From NCBI GenBank assembly GCA_951406725.2, contig OX597824.1:53506001-53570000 (forward strand): a DNA stretch of 64,000 nucleotides, given 5' to 3'. This DNA is from Octopus vulgaris (lineage: Eukaryota). Under the pieces are notes generated by a model that saw only the letters and a list, made by a program, of their open reading frames with translations, had not been told where the DNA came from and made no database searches. Positions 1 to 13,459 of the stretch are shown in pieces. The position numbers were made by a program, and so were the translations under genes. Each line of letters begins with the position of its first letter. The first letter of the stretch is position 1.

Positions 1-756
1 GAGACATGGAATCATTTAGACAGTGTCTAGTTCTCTAGTAGATTGGCTATATCTCTCATTATTTGTAGTTATTCGGTCAAAGAAAGAAGCCTCATAATAC
101 AATTCAAAGATTTAGCACCATTAGGAAACACCAACCAATGAGATATCTAGTAAAGATACATCAGCTGAATCTTTGATCATGCTTTTGAGTCACTCCTAAT
201 AACTAAACTCTTCATCGGGTTAATGACGTCATCATCATTAATTTGACAGAGTAGTGAGATGTGGTTAGCGACATTATAAAAAGTATTAAGTCGTTACATA
301 TACATGGACATACGTGCGCACAAATATAAAACGATAGACAGACTGGCTGAGAATTGAACCGATCGATAGACTTGATGATTATCCATCAAATTCGATTATG
401 ACCATCTTTCCTTTTAATTACCCTTTGATTACTTCTTAATGAGCAGCAGCAACAGAATTCGCAGACGTCCTAAAACTCGCTGACTGCGAGCACTTACGTA
501 TCATTATCCTTATTGTGGCTGAGAAAGATTCAATGACATGCGTAACCCACGATAACTGTTACTTCACCCACTCACCCCAAGCGGATACCTCCCCTCAGCT
601 AGTACTGCCTCCTAACTGATACCACATCCCAGTTGTAAATCCAATATATCGGAAACTGCCTTAACAGTTTGTTGGGGTTTTTTTTCTTTCGGTGAGTAAT
701 TTCATGGCCTTTGTCTTTCAGGACTCACAGATAGGTCGGCCATAGCCAAAGAGCCC

Positions 757-962
<206 letters not shown>

Positions 963-1789
963 TGTTTTGACAAGAATTAGGACTCAGTCACTCTCAAAGT
1001 AGTCTTTTACCATCTCGTTCTGCTGGAGATAAGGTAGAGCAACTGTTGTGCTTATGACGCCTATTAAGGTAGAAACACGCGTCTACAACTGTACTTTTGT
1101 CTCCAGATAATCAGTCATTTCCTTAATGGTACGTCAATTTTGGAGAAATTCTTTGTTAGATTAGATCTCTTCATTTGGAGTCACCAAATGATTATTCTAT
1201 CTTCTCTGGAAGCGGAGATAATTTCAATCAATCAAGAATTTAACTTGCATGGTATTTAATATATCTTTATTGTTGAAACACATGTCACTTCACACGCTGA
1301 ATTATTTTTTCTAGGCTCATTTCCGTTCCATGCACAGACACACACACGCGCGCGCGCGCGCGTGCATACACACATACAATCAAAAGTCCGGGAAAAAGAG
1401 AACATTCATGGTGAATTAATGCGGAACTTACTGCTCTTGTACCCTGACTATGAATTCTCATGTGCACCTATCATCATAGGTGCATTAGGTTAGGTACCAA
1501 GAAATTTACACAAATACCTAGAAATATTCGGTTTCACGAAAGAGCAAAAGAACCTGACACTGATTCTTGAAATCCAACCGCTTAGAGGCACAGTGAAGAT
1601 TTGTTTGGCATCTCAAAAATTCTCCATCCGAGATGCACACACTTGGGGGAATGCATTGACAGTTCAACCAACACAACAACTCAATCACATATTTACAAAC
1701 ACCAGAAACTCTCTTTACTCAAAATGTCTTTATGCTTTGTTAGCAACCGGTTTGAACTCTCTCAAGAACTTAAATAAAGCAAAAAGAAA

Positions 1790-1820
<31 letters not shown>

Positions 1821-1938
1821 AATTCATACATACATATCCCACACACACACACACATGCGCGCGCGCATATGTGTGTGTGTGTGTATACATGGATGTGTCT
1901 ATGTATGTATATGTGTGCGTGTGTGTGTAGAGAGAGAG

Positions 1939-2061
<123 letters not shown>

Positions 2062-2335
2062 CACATGCATATGTTACATATTTTCTTATGAGTGTGAATA
2101 AACACGCGTGAGTATGTGTGGCAGGAATATTGGCAGAATATTGTCTGTCATTTGACTGCAGCCATGCTGCAGTGCCACCTTTAGTCGAACAAATTGACTC
2201 CAGGACTTATTCTTTATAATCCTAGTACTTCTTCTATTGGTCTCTTTTGCCGAATCGCCACGTTACGAAGACGTAAACACACCAACATCGATTGTCAAGC
2301 GATGATAGGGAGACAAACAGAGATACACATATACG

Positions 2336-2386
<51 letters not shown>

Positions 2387-2945
2387 GAGAAAAACGACCC
2401 CCTCCCCAGCGGTGGACGGTGCTGAGTTGTCAAACATTTAAACCAAATTTTCTCAAAACAACTTGTCCGACCGTCCCATAGGCATCCCCTTTGAGAATCA
2501 CTGATTTAACCTAAATTTGAGAAACCAGCAAAAGAAGAAATAAAGATAGACTTTTTTCTATTCCAAAGAAAAACGATTTTATTCACACAAATATGCAACC
2601 GAAGAGTTTAAAGTACCAGTAATGATAAGGCTGGAGAGAACACAAACATTGTTTAAACAGTAAGCTTGGCAGGAAAGAAACGTGCCTTTAAACAGTAAAA
2701 AAACAACAAAAAATGGAAGGTGCAGTTATGTACAGGTTGACGGAAGAAAAGCACATTCCCACGGCTTTACCGATCGCATTCTCACCTGGAATCAATTTTT
2801 GTAATTTTCTCAAGACTTATACGCGCCCTGATACCGTCGGTATCTACATATCAAATTTGAGCGCAATCGGATGGAGGATGCCCGAGATCCTAGAAAACAC
2901 ACACACACACAGAACGGATTTTATATAATAGATATATATATATAC

Positions 2946-3031
<86 letters not shown>

Positions 3032-3037
<6 letters not shown>

Positions 3038-3215
3038 ATAAGCCATTTAAAAACGCACAAAACCGTTAGATTCACTGACAAAATTCCGTGCTGCACAGAA
3101 TTTTGTCAGTTTTAAAGCGACGAAAATATTTTGACAAATTAGATTTAAATGTTGGAGTGAATCTAACGGTTTTGTGTGTTTTTAAATGGCTTATAAACAC
3201 CTTCCACACTGCAAT
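3032..3215. mobile_element. MITE-like element with ~43-bp inverted repeats
   Basis: gtgtttataagccatttaaaaacgcacaaaaccgttagattcac and its reverse complement ending at 3200; small internal hairpin. Confidence 0.7.
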
Positions 3216-3391
3216 AGTTTTTGTTTCAGCACACGATCTCATATCAGGTCACTTGGTATACAAGTACATCTCCGTAACATACATACATACATACATACAT
3301 ACATACATACATACATACATACATACATACATACATACATACATACATACATACATGCATGCATGCATGCATACATACATACATACATACA

Positions 3392-3422
<31 letters not shown>

Positions 3423-3464
3423 CACACACACACACTCAACGCACACACATATATGAATTTATAC

Positions 3465-3870
3465 AGACGAGGGTCGGCTAAAAAGTTCATAGGCTATATG
3501 AACTAAAGGAATGTGGCCAAATGAGGTTTATTTTTCAACATAGTCTCCCTTGCGATCCAAACACTTTTTCCGTCGGTATTGCAGTACTTGGATACCATTG
3601 GTGAAGAAGGTTTAATCTTGATCAAAAATAATCAACAGCAGATATAACGTCATCACTACGATGCTTCATGCCCAGCCAAGTCGGGTTTTTTGGGTTTTTT
3701 TCGTGTTGGGGAACAGATGATAATCAGATGGGGCCAAATCATGAGAACAGGGACGGTGATCAACCGGTTCAAAGCCACAATCACGCACAGCAATCATTGA
3801 AACCAAGGACTTGAGTGCTGGAGTGTTGCCCTGATGAAACAAGACCTCTTTTATCAGTTTTCATGGGTGC
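3465..3870 (-). mobile_element. Mariner/Tc1-derived remnant
   Basis: acgagggtcggctaaaaagt terminus and ttttcaacatagtctccc, typical of mariner 3' ends; decayed coding remnants. Confidence 0.5.
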
Positions 3871-4271
3871 TTGGTGGTATGCAAGTATATACATTGATAA
3901 ATATGTATATATGTATATATACGTTGATAAATATGTATATATATGTATGTATGCACATATATATACATCCATATGCACAAAGATGTACATAGATGTATAT
4001 ATCTGTATGCAAGTATGCATGTATGTATGTATTCTTTATAATCTTTTATTCTTTTATTTGTTTCAGTCATTTGAATACGGCCATGCAGGAGCACCACCTT
4101 TAGTCGAACAATCGACCCCAATACTTATGCTTTGTAAGTCTAGTACTTATTCTATAGGTCTCTATTGCCGAACTGATAAGTTACATGACGTGAACATGCC
4201 AACATCAGTTGTCAAGCGATGGTGGAGTGACAAAACAGATACACAAACATACACGCGCGCACACACACACA

Positions 4272-4331
<60 letters not shown>

Positions 4332-4503
4332 TCATACGATATAGTGTATATTTAAACACATGAGGAATCCACCTATAAGAATTCAACACGCTAGAAAGAA
4401 CAGCTAGGTTTGTATGACTAATATATAGTCTTTTGGACTAGATTTTTTACACGTTAGACCACTGGAAATGTAAATTTTAATTAATTTCCATTTCCCTTTA
4501 ATA

Positions 4504-4553
<50 letters not shown>

Positions 4554-5349
4554 TACGGGCTTATTTCAGTTTCCATCTACCAAATCCACACACAAGGCTT
4601 TGGTTGCCCTGAGGCTATAGGAGAAGACACTTGCCCAAGGTGCCACGCAGTGGGACTGAAACCGGAACCATGTGGTTGGTAAACAAGCTTCTCCCAGTTA
4701 GGAGCACAGCCACTCCGGCGCCTATATGTATATGTATATGTTAATGACTGTTTATCAAGTACTGTGATAGACAAGATTTGAAATTAATAAAATTAGTAAT
4801 TCTACGTCAACTTTTTAAGTACGTATTTTCAGATTCTATAAATCTTTGTTTAGCTCCACGCATGACAGATTTCATTTAAATAGCTAAAGCACATTTATCA
4901 AAAAAAAAGATTTTTTCAGAAAAATTTTTTACGTGGAATTCTATATTTGGTATTTTCCACCGTTACTCCACCCCACCCAACTTCACCATCTTTATTTCCT
5001 TCTTTTCTCCCATTCAAAACATTTTAGCTCCAATTTAGAATATTTTTTCTCCTTTATTACTTGGAGGGGAGGGATTTTCTTCTTTTTTCCCCCTCTTCGT
5101 TCATTAAATTCTCTATTAAGATTAATTTCTATTTCTCAGTTTTTTCTTTGCTTCAGAGACTACTACATTTTACAACACTCCTACAGTTACTAATTATATT
5201 CCTCCAACAAATTGGGTCCCAAGCATATATCTAGTACCTAACACCCGTCACCTTCGAAGTTATTGTCAACATTTTTTATGTAAAAAATAAATTTTAGAAA
5301 CCACTTGAATATAGTCAGCTCTCCTTCAGTTGTTGTTTGTTATGTATTA

Positions 5350-5424
<75 letters not shown>

Positions 5425-5766
5425 TTTAAAGGGATTGACGTATCTCTTCACAAAGGTAAGCAGTGTAGACGAAGGGCGCGATTTGATTGTGATAGATATT
5501 TTATTGGTTGAACGATATTTCAACAGTACGTCTGTCTTTGTCAAGTTCAAAATAAGAGGTGATAAAAATTCAAAATTATAGAAATTTAAATTTAAAGTAT
5601 GAATGAGAGCACCAGCGTCTACACGTTGATGGAATGACATCATCAGTCTTTAAGTTTCAATTTTATTACAGGTGAAAGACAGAAAAAAGTGGAAAGAAAT
5701 GGAAAAAGAAGAATATTTAATCAAACAGTTTTATATAAATTTGATGATATTCTCCTGTCATTTTAT

Positions 5767-6000
5767 TCATTCCTCCAGGGCGTGAGTTAATAACCCGCAA
5801 ACATATTTCTCCTCGTGCATTCTGAGAAGTGAAAATGAAGCAGACTCAGAATATTTTATGAGAATATACACTTTCAAGTCTTTTTCAAAATTGCAGCCGT
5901 TTGAAACGAAGTGTTCAGCAAGTTCTGTCGAACTACTGTTATTGTGCCTGACGTTGAATATGTGCCCATTGAATCTTTTGTTTAATTGTTGTACAACAGA
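5767..6000 (-). mobile_element. Penelope-like element fragment (C-terminal half of a GIY-YIG endonuclease)
   Basis: RFNGH...ELAEHF...LKVYIL...EEKYV pattern typical of the end of Penelope GIY-YIG domains. Confidence 0.55.
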
Positions 6001-8870
6001 ACGATTAAACATCCACTTATCAAGAGGATCACATTTTCCACAATCTTTCCATAGAGTCTGCATTTCGGGGTGTCAGAAATTTTATAGATGTTATACTTCA
6101 CTGAATTGGTTGCGAGAGCCTGGTCTTGTGCAGCAATGATCAAGCTTTCGGTGATACGCTTCAGATCACCTCTCTCAAGCCATGCCCTCGATACTGTATT
6201 ATCCTTAACGTCTTGTGTATTCCTTTCAAACCATCCATGCATTCTCATTTCAAAAAGATTTTTTTTTTCTCTTCTCGGTTCTTTAGTTAAACTCTTCCTT
6301 GCCCATCATTTCATTCGCATTTACACCCATATCTTTCGCGGCATATTGTAGCAGGTCTTCATCACTGTTTATCAAATACTCGGTAAGCGTTCTCCTTTCA
6401 CTCTTTATCCAATGATCTATACTAATTAGTCCTCTGCACCATTCTTTCTTTTCATATACAGTCTGTTTATGTTTTCTTTGGGGTGTAGCGCCCCATGCAG
6501 CGTCATCAACTTTCTTTTCTCCTATCCAGTGCTGATATTTCCTCCTTAATCCATTTGAGGATGTATGCACCATATCTGACCGCCGCAACTGCCCAGATAT
6601 TCATTGCGGTAATCAAACTTTTGGTATTCAGGATAGGTTTCAACACCATCTTCACCCTGTTTTGATACGCCTCGCTGACTTTGACTTTTATTTCTCTGTG
6701 TAGAATGTCATCCAGCTCCAAAATCCCTAAATATCTATACCCACTACCGTCGGGTTCACCCATGGTCTCTAATGATGGTAACTGCAATCCTCTGCAGGCT
6801 GCTTTCTTCCCTCTTTTCATATTAAGTACTGAGCATCAATACCGATGTCCCTATCACACTTCTGGGCTGTTTTGGTTAAGGAATCTCTGTTTTTCAGATT
6901 TCCCAAACAATTTCAGGTCCTCCATAAACAGAAGATGGTTCAATGATGGGCCTTTCTTCCCACATCGGTAACCCATCTTAACTTACACAAGTGTCATTAT
7001 TATGGGTATTAGTGCAATTACAAAAAGTAATGGAGAAAACGAGTCACCTTGGAAGATTCCCCTTATAATATTAACATCTCCAAGGAATATATTACTTGAG
7101 TACAATTTGGTTTTCCACTCTTTCATGCTATGCATCAGAAAATTTGTGATGTCAGCAACACCAAACATCTGCAGGCATTCAACAATCCAAGAATGAGGCA
7201 TCATATATGCTTTCTTAAAGCTAATCCAAGCCATAGACATGTTTGTATGACGCTTTTTACAATGCCTCAAAACTCTTTTATCGATGACCACGTGATCCTT
7301 GTACCCTGAGAACTCTTCCTACATCCTTTTTGTTCCTTTTGTAGTATTTCTTCCTGTGCCAGGAAAGTGTATGTCTTTGCCACACATATTCCAGTGAGTA
7401 TCTTCCATATTATGTTTAGGCATGCTATGGGATGGTAGTTTCCCACAATATTCCCCTTTCTTCTGTCTTTCATTACAAGTGTTGTCCTTCCAGTCACCAT
7501 CCACGCGGGGGACTGGACCTTTCTGGACACACTCATTCAACTGGGCTGCTAGTCTTTCATGCACCTTATGGCATCTCTTCAGCCAGAAGCCATGAATCCC
7601 ATCTGGTCCGGGGGGTTTTCCAGTTAGGCACTTTACTCATTTGTTCTTTCACATCACCCGTGCTCATGATAATATTCCTTTGCTTTCCTCCATGTAATTC
7701 TGTCTTGATAGTTCCTATCCACACAGCATCCCTTTTATGTACCACATTGTTTCCCCATAATCCGCTCCAGAACTTTTTGGCTTGATTTGCATCAAGAGCA
7801 ACATTTTCCCCATTGTCTCTTTCTGACGTTCGGAAGAATTGCTTCAGGTTATTTTTGAACAATCTGTTCTCCTCGAACTGCTTATTTCTGTTCACAAATC
7901 TGATCTTCTAGCTTTTTGCCATGATCCTCTGTTTTAACTGCTCTATTACTGCATCAAACCCGTTCTTCCGTATTTTATATTTCTTCTCTAATTTTTCTCG
8001 GTCGGTCTTTTTCCCATTTTTCCAGCTTCCTCTTAACCATTGCTCAATTTTTCCTAGATCTTGCCTTGCCCGCATTATGTCCCTTTCAATGTGTCGTTTC
8101 CACCATGTTTCTTTTGCTCAACCATTTTCGTTCTCTTAAGTTGTAATTTCTCCTCAACAAGTAACGTAATAGCTCGGAGAAGATTCCTTGTTTGTGTTAC
8201 GTCCACCGTATGGATGTACGGTATAACAGTATTTATCTTTTGTGTTACTTTATTTATCATACTCCTATCTACTCATCTCATATTCATGGGGATTTTTTTC
8301 TTCTGAAGCATTCAAGTCGGTGAGTTGTCTTTGAATTTCAAGCAATTCATTATCGAATTGGTTCATTTCCCCTGCATGTCCACCCAACACCGTATCAGGA
8401 TTCACTGTATAACGTTCCCGTTCCTCATCCTTAACAGCCCCATCGCCATTCCACTGTTCCTCCTGTCTATTCTTCTCCCTACTTTCAACTCCTACCTCTC
8501 TGATTTCAACTTCGACCATCCGTTGTAGCCCACCGGCAGGGTCTCTCAGACTCTCACTAATCCGAGATATTTCTACTCCAGTTAAGTAACCATTCCTCCT
8601 AATCACTTTCACCTGGTTCATTAGTTTATTTTCTGACATTGAACACATGTCCTTTTCCATCCAAAATTTCAAGGTATGTCGGCTTAATCCGCGACTTCTT
8701 TCCAGCTTTGCTCTTTCATGACATTCAATAAGTGTATCGTATTCTTCCTTCTTCCATTTATGTCTGTTTTGCGCACACTGTGTATGTGATCTGTTGTGAC
8801 ATAACGACCGTTCGGACGTGCCGGGTGGAAAACCTTCACCATGATCGGCTATAGCTTCATTCTCGCCTTG
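6000..8870 (-). mobile_element. Degenerate R4/Dong-like (RLE-type) non-LTR retrotransposon
   Basis: Frameshifted pieces: NYHPIACL, EQKGCRK, KKAY..PHSW, RGIFQGDSFSPLLF, YRYLGILE, AAQDQAL, CRL..G; truncated before the endonuclease core. Confidence 0.85.
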
Positions 8871-8877
8871 TTGTGTT

Positions 8878-11800
8878 AGATAGTAAGCGCCGTTTACCGA
8901 TCCGGCATAGTCAATGTGTAACCTAGACCATGGATTCTCCGTCTCTGGCCACGACTGATATTTTACCGGCGCAACCTCAGCACGTTCTCACTAAGTTTTA
9001 GATATCTCGGTCCATAGACGGTCAATAGACATAACTCCTCATCAGAGCTTTCATCCTTGCCATTCTTGGATGTCCGCTGTGAAATTGTTGCAATACAACT
9101 TTTTGTAATGTAGTTGGAACCACCATTCTTTGGGCATATATCAGAATATCGTTGCAAATTGAAAAAACTACTGGCATCTGAATTTTTATTGTTTATTTTT
9201 TAAAGCTTCTTTTATATTCATAATATACTCATCACCTACAGCTTTCAGTTTTATATCTTAGGTCGTCACTAGTAGCTCTTGGATAACGTTCGTCATAACA
9301 CTTTTAATTTCACTTTCTGCTTGCAGTGCGGCTATAACAATCTCTTCTAGCGGTTCCATATATTTTGGAATTAATCTCGAAAGGGAGTCGGCATGACCGA
9401 TTTTTTCCGAACGTTGCTAGCAGTTCGCAGTATGAATCGGTAACCCTTTTTTAGACCCATAAATCGACAGCAAAGGTCTATAGTCTATTTGCAATAAAAA
9501 AACTTCTGCCATGCAGAAACCTGTGAATTTTTTAATTACAAAAATAACTACTAGGGTTTCCTTTTCAATTTGACTATATCTCTTCTCTGCTATTAGTGAG
9601 CGTGAAACATGAACCACTGGTTTTGTACTTTTGTTTTCGTATTTATGAAGTAGAACTGTACCTAATCCGTGCTCGAAAATATCAGATGCTACAATGATGT
9701 CCATTTCGGTATCGTAATGTGCTAACGATACGTTTGAGATTAGAATTTTTTTTATTTCAAGTGTTCTGGCATTTAGTAGACCAATTCCACTTAACTCCTT
9801 TTTTTAATAAATCGTTCAATGGAGCTCTTAACTTGTGCATAATAGGAATGTAGCTTGGGTAATAGTTTGCCAGCCAAGAAATGCTTGTAAAGTTGAAATA
9901 TTTGTTGGTGCAGGCATATTCTTTATTGCATTTGCCCTCAAGTCTTTTATCAATTTTTTGCCCAAAGTACTTAATTTGGGGTAGAAAGAATTCGTATTTT
10001 TCTTCACTCAAAGTGAACCCGAAAACTTTAATTTTCTTAAACACAGCTTTTATGTGTTCCACATACCGTTCACGAGAATTACTCTTGATCAAAATATCGT
10101 CCAAGAACGGGATTGCAAATTCACAATCAGTTAACATAGTATCCATGATTTGCTGGAATACTGTTGGTGCCACTTTTAATCCAAAAGGTAATCGTATGTA
10201 TTTGTACAATCCTCTGTCTGTATTTATTGTCAAATACTTTGAGCATTTTTTATTTACTTTTATCTGTAAATAGGCTTCAGACTGATCAAATTTGGAAAAA
10301 AATTTTCCCCCATTTAACTTTGAAAAAATGTCCTCTGCAGTCGGGAGTAGATGGTGGTATGTTTTTAAGCAGTTGTTCAGTCCTGTAGAGAAATCAGCAC
10401 ACGACCTAATCTTCTGGGGGTTTTTTAATACATACCATGGGTGCCGCCCATGTCGAGTAATCCACCTTTTTTGGTGACTCCACTCTTTTCGAATCTGTCC
10501 AACTCTTCATTCACGGCTTCGATTGCCATGAACGATACTTTTCTGTTTGCTTTAAGTACAGGTACAGCGTTTTCACTTACTTGGAAATAGGCTTCCGTCT
10601 TTCTACATAGACCTAAATCCTCTGATAATACTTGCGGGAACATTGTTTTCAATATTTTCTTCAGTTCTTCCGAAGACGTATTTTTAATAGGACAACTATT
10701 TATGTTATTGCAGTAAAGATTTATGGGGGGAGTGCCATAAATCGAATAGTTCTAACCAATCTACTCAAACAGATTGATTGTAATATTCACAACGAATAAT
10801 TTTGGTTCGCGTGTCTCTTCTCGAAATGTGACGTTGATACATGTTTTACCCGTCAAATATAATTTATCGCCCGTTACACCACGCAGTATTTTCGCTGTTT
10901 TACGTAATCTCAGTTTACCAATTTTTTTCCAAGTATCCGCATTTATAATCGAGATGTCACTACCTGTGTCTAACTGTAATTTAGTGTTCACATCATTTAT
11001 TTTTACGCGCACGAATTTTCTTGTTTTTCCGTTGCAATCACGCTCTGCTGAAAACACCTTCGAACTTTTTATGTTTGAGCTTCGTAGTCTTGTTCTACAA
11101 TGAGTACTCCTGTGTCCCAGCTTCTGACACCAATAGCACTTTTTGTTTTTAAACGGACTATCCTTTGTGTAGTGCAAGCCTCCACAACCATAACACGGAT
11201 TGGGGCCAGATCCTTTTCTTTAATTGTGCTTCCCGGAGTCTTCCTCTTGTATTGTTTTCACATCATGTTTAACCATTGTCTGACATCCTTCTGCGATGTC
11301 TGCAAAGATAAATTCTGGTTCGCTTGTTCCATTTTCGATAGAATGCTTGCCCGCATTTCTCTTTCTTCAAGTGTTATAAGTCCTTGCACGAAGATAAATG
11401 ATTTGAGCATATCCTGAGTGAGATCCTGGAGTTTGAAATTTTCGCACATACGGTTGACTACACTGGCGTAGGTGATAAAATCATCCTCCTCATTTTTTCT
11501 TTTTTTTTTTTTTTCTAAGTCCCAACACTCCATTCTGGAGTTGAATAATGAACTTTTATCACAAAAAATGTTTGAAAGCAGTTCCACTGTTTCTTGGAAA
11601 CCAATCTCACTCGACTTTTTGAGCAAAATAAAGTTACAGTAACGCTCATGTTCGGCAGGGGCTACTTTGCATAGTAAAAGCCTTACTTTCTGCTCCTCCG
11701 ACCATGACTTACACTCGTTGTTAAAAATGTCCTTGTGTCTTCTATAATAAGCGGGAAACGTAATAGCCTCCTCTGGATTATACGTAAATTCAGAAATGGC

Positions 11801-12150
11801 GTAAACGAGCTTACTGGATTTTTCGAACTTCGCCGACTGTAACTCAATTAATGGGGGGGGGGTATTTGCTTTTACAACTCCTGTGCTTGTTCCTGTTGCT
11901 TCTCTTGAAGCTGTTCTACTGCGGCTAATAGGTTTTCCGACTTAGAAATTGTCAAATAACCAATGTGAGTTTCGAACGACCCTCTTCGCCAGAGGATAAA
12001 CTGCAACAGTGTAATAACAATATAATTGAAACAAACGGCAGTAACCACATGGAACGTAACAACAACCTTTTAAGAACCAACAATCCAACACGCTAATTCG
12101 AACTGTAAACTTTGAAATATCAACGCGCGAACTTATTTCGTAATTGCGCA
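8878..12150 (-). mobile_element. Degenerate Ty3/gypsy (Mag/K02A2.6-like) LTR retrotransposon, 3'-truncated inside integrase
   Basis: PBS-like TGGCGAAGAGG at 11991-11981; gag knuckle CYWCQKLGHRSTHC; LDTGSD protease; LPFGL/FLDD RT; YSQIEKE RNase H; HSGHP..PWSRLHIDYAG integrase start; many stops and frameshifts. Confidence 0.9.
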
Positions 12151-12378
12151 CACGGGGCCAACATAGAGGGCATAGTACAAGGACAGACAGAAAAACAAAA
12201 GTGGAGACAAAAAAATCGAATGAAAAAGGATGAATTAAAATAATGAAATGAAAAATGAAATGAAGCCACTCGACCCCACATCCGGGTGACTTCGTTTACC
12301 TTTGTTAAACACGATAATTTACTTATTTTAAAACACTGTTAAACCTTACTAAACACATAGAATGTTTATATTAGTCTT

Positions 12379-12653
12379 TGTGGTGTGGTGATGAAGGAGT
12401 GTGACGGGACGGGCGGGAGCGGAAGTGATGCTTACAGGTCTTGCAGGGCGCATGCGCCGGCGGAAGCGGAAGCGAGAGACTCAACGCACGTGCGGCATCG
12501 ACCGGCTACGCGAGACCCCAGCAAGGCACCGAGACGACAACACGCGAGCAAGTTGGCTGAAGGCCATCCGACTTCATCCCCTGTCAGGTAAGACCTTATT
12601 GCACCTCTGTTTCCTATTTCCTTGTTTCCGTTGTGCTCCTTTCATCAACCACA
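12379..12653 (+). repeat. 5' LTR
   Basis: Direct repeat of 16361-16635; TG...CA ends. Confidence 0.97.
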
Positions 12654-12665
12654 AGCTATTTCGGC
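12654..12665 (+). promoter_or_regulatory. Non-canonical primer-binding site complementary to tRNA-Phe(GAA) nt 1-12
   Basis: AGCTATTTCGGC directly abuts the LTR; its reverse complement GCCGAAATAGCT is the 5' end of metazoan cytosolic tRNA-Phe. Confidence 0.75.
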
Positions 12666-12697
12666 ATTTAGTCAGTGTTCACATTTTTTTCAACACG

Positions 12698-13459
12698 ATG
12701 TCAGCAAAAATTAGGATCGCCAGTGACGTCGTTAGACCTTTTAACGGCGAAGGCGATGTAGTGGCCTGGATTCGGAAAATCAGGCTGGTGGCGAGACTGC
12801 AGGGCATAAGCGACGTGGCGAGTCTTATGGCCCTGTATTTGGAAGGAAGTGCGTTGTCGCTCTACCTAGAAATGGACGAAAAAGAACGGCTCTGCGATGG
12901 GAATATAGAGCGGCGCTTGTGTGACGCATACACGGAATGCGAGTACACAGCTTTCGCTAAGCTGGGTGCAATCAGGTGGACGGGAGGCCAGGTAGATGAT
13001 TTTGCGGCGGAAGCTAGAAGGCTAGCGACTCTGGCCGGGTTTGCCGGAGAAGGACTGGAGAGAGCCGCCCGACTGGCATTCGTAAATGGCTTCCCCGATG
13101 ACGTAGGAATTCACCTACAACTGCCCGGGGTCAAAAAGATGCCATTGAGCGAGCTTGTAACTCATGCTCGCGGGTTGACGAGACACTCGGGGCGGAAGGG
13201 GATAGCGATGGCGGTGACGGAGGCGCGTAAAGACGGACGACGTCACGAGAAAGAGGTACGGAAGCCCACCGTGCAACGAGAGCGGCCGTTCTCAGGACGA
13301 TGTTTTAAATGCCAGGGACCGCACATGGCGCGGGACTGTACGCAGCTGGGGCCAGTTTGCTATCGATGCAGGCAGACAGGGCACATTGCCCGTGATTGCG
13401 GCCAGGGAAACGACCGCGGGGAAGTTGCTGCCTCTCGAACTTTCCCCTCAAACGAGTAG
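12698..13459 (+). CDS. gag: Gag with two zinc knuckles
   Basis: First ATG after the LTR (MSAKIRIASD...); CFKCQGPHMARDC and CYRCRQTGHIARDC. Confidence 0.9.
   Translation: MSAKIRIASDVVRPFNGEGDVVAWIRKIRLVARLQGISDVASLMALYLEGSALSLYLEMDEKERLCDGNIERRLCDAYTECEYTAFAKLGAIRWTGGQVDDFAAEARRLATLAGFAGEGLERAARLAFVNGFPDDVGIHLQLPGVKKMPLSELVTHARGLTRHSGRKGIAMAVTEARKDGRRHEKEVRKPTVQRERPFSGRCFKCQGPHMARDCTQLGPVCYRCRQTGHIARDCGQGNDRGEVAASRTFPSNE

Noticed and set aside
12654-12670. Canonical 3'-CCA tRNA priming or Tf1-type self-priming
   Set aside because: No TGG follows the LTR, and no complement of the site is visible within the LTR.
12401-12697. 99-aa N-terminal extension of Gag
   Set aside because: Starts at a GTG inside the LTR; the first ATG after the PBS (12698) is the plausible start.
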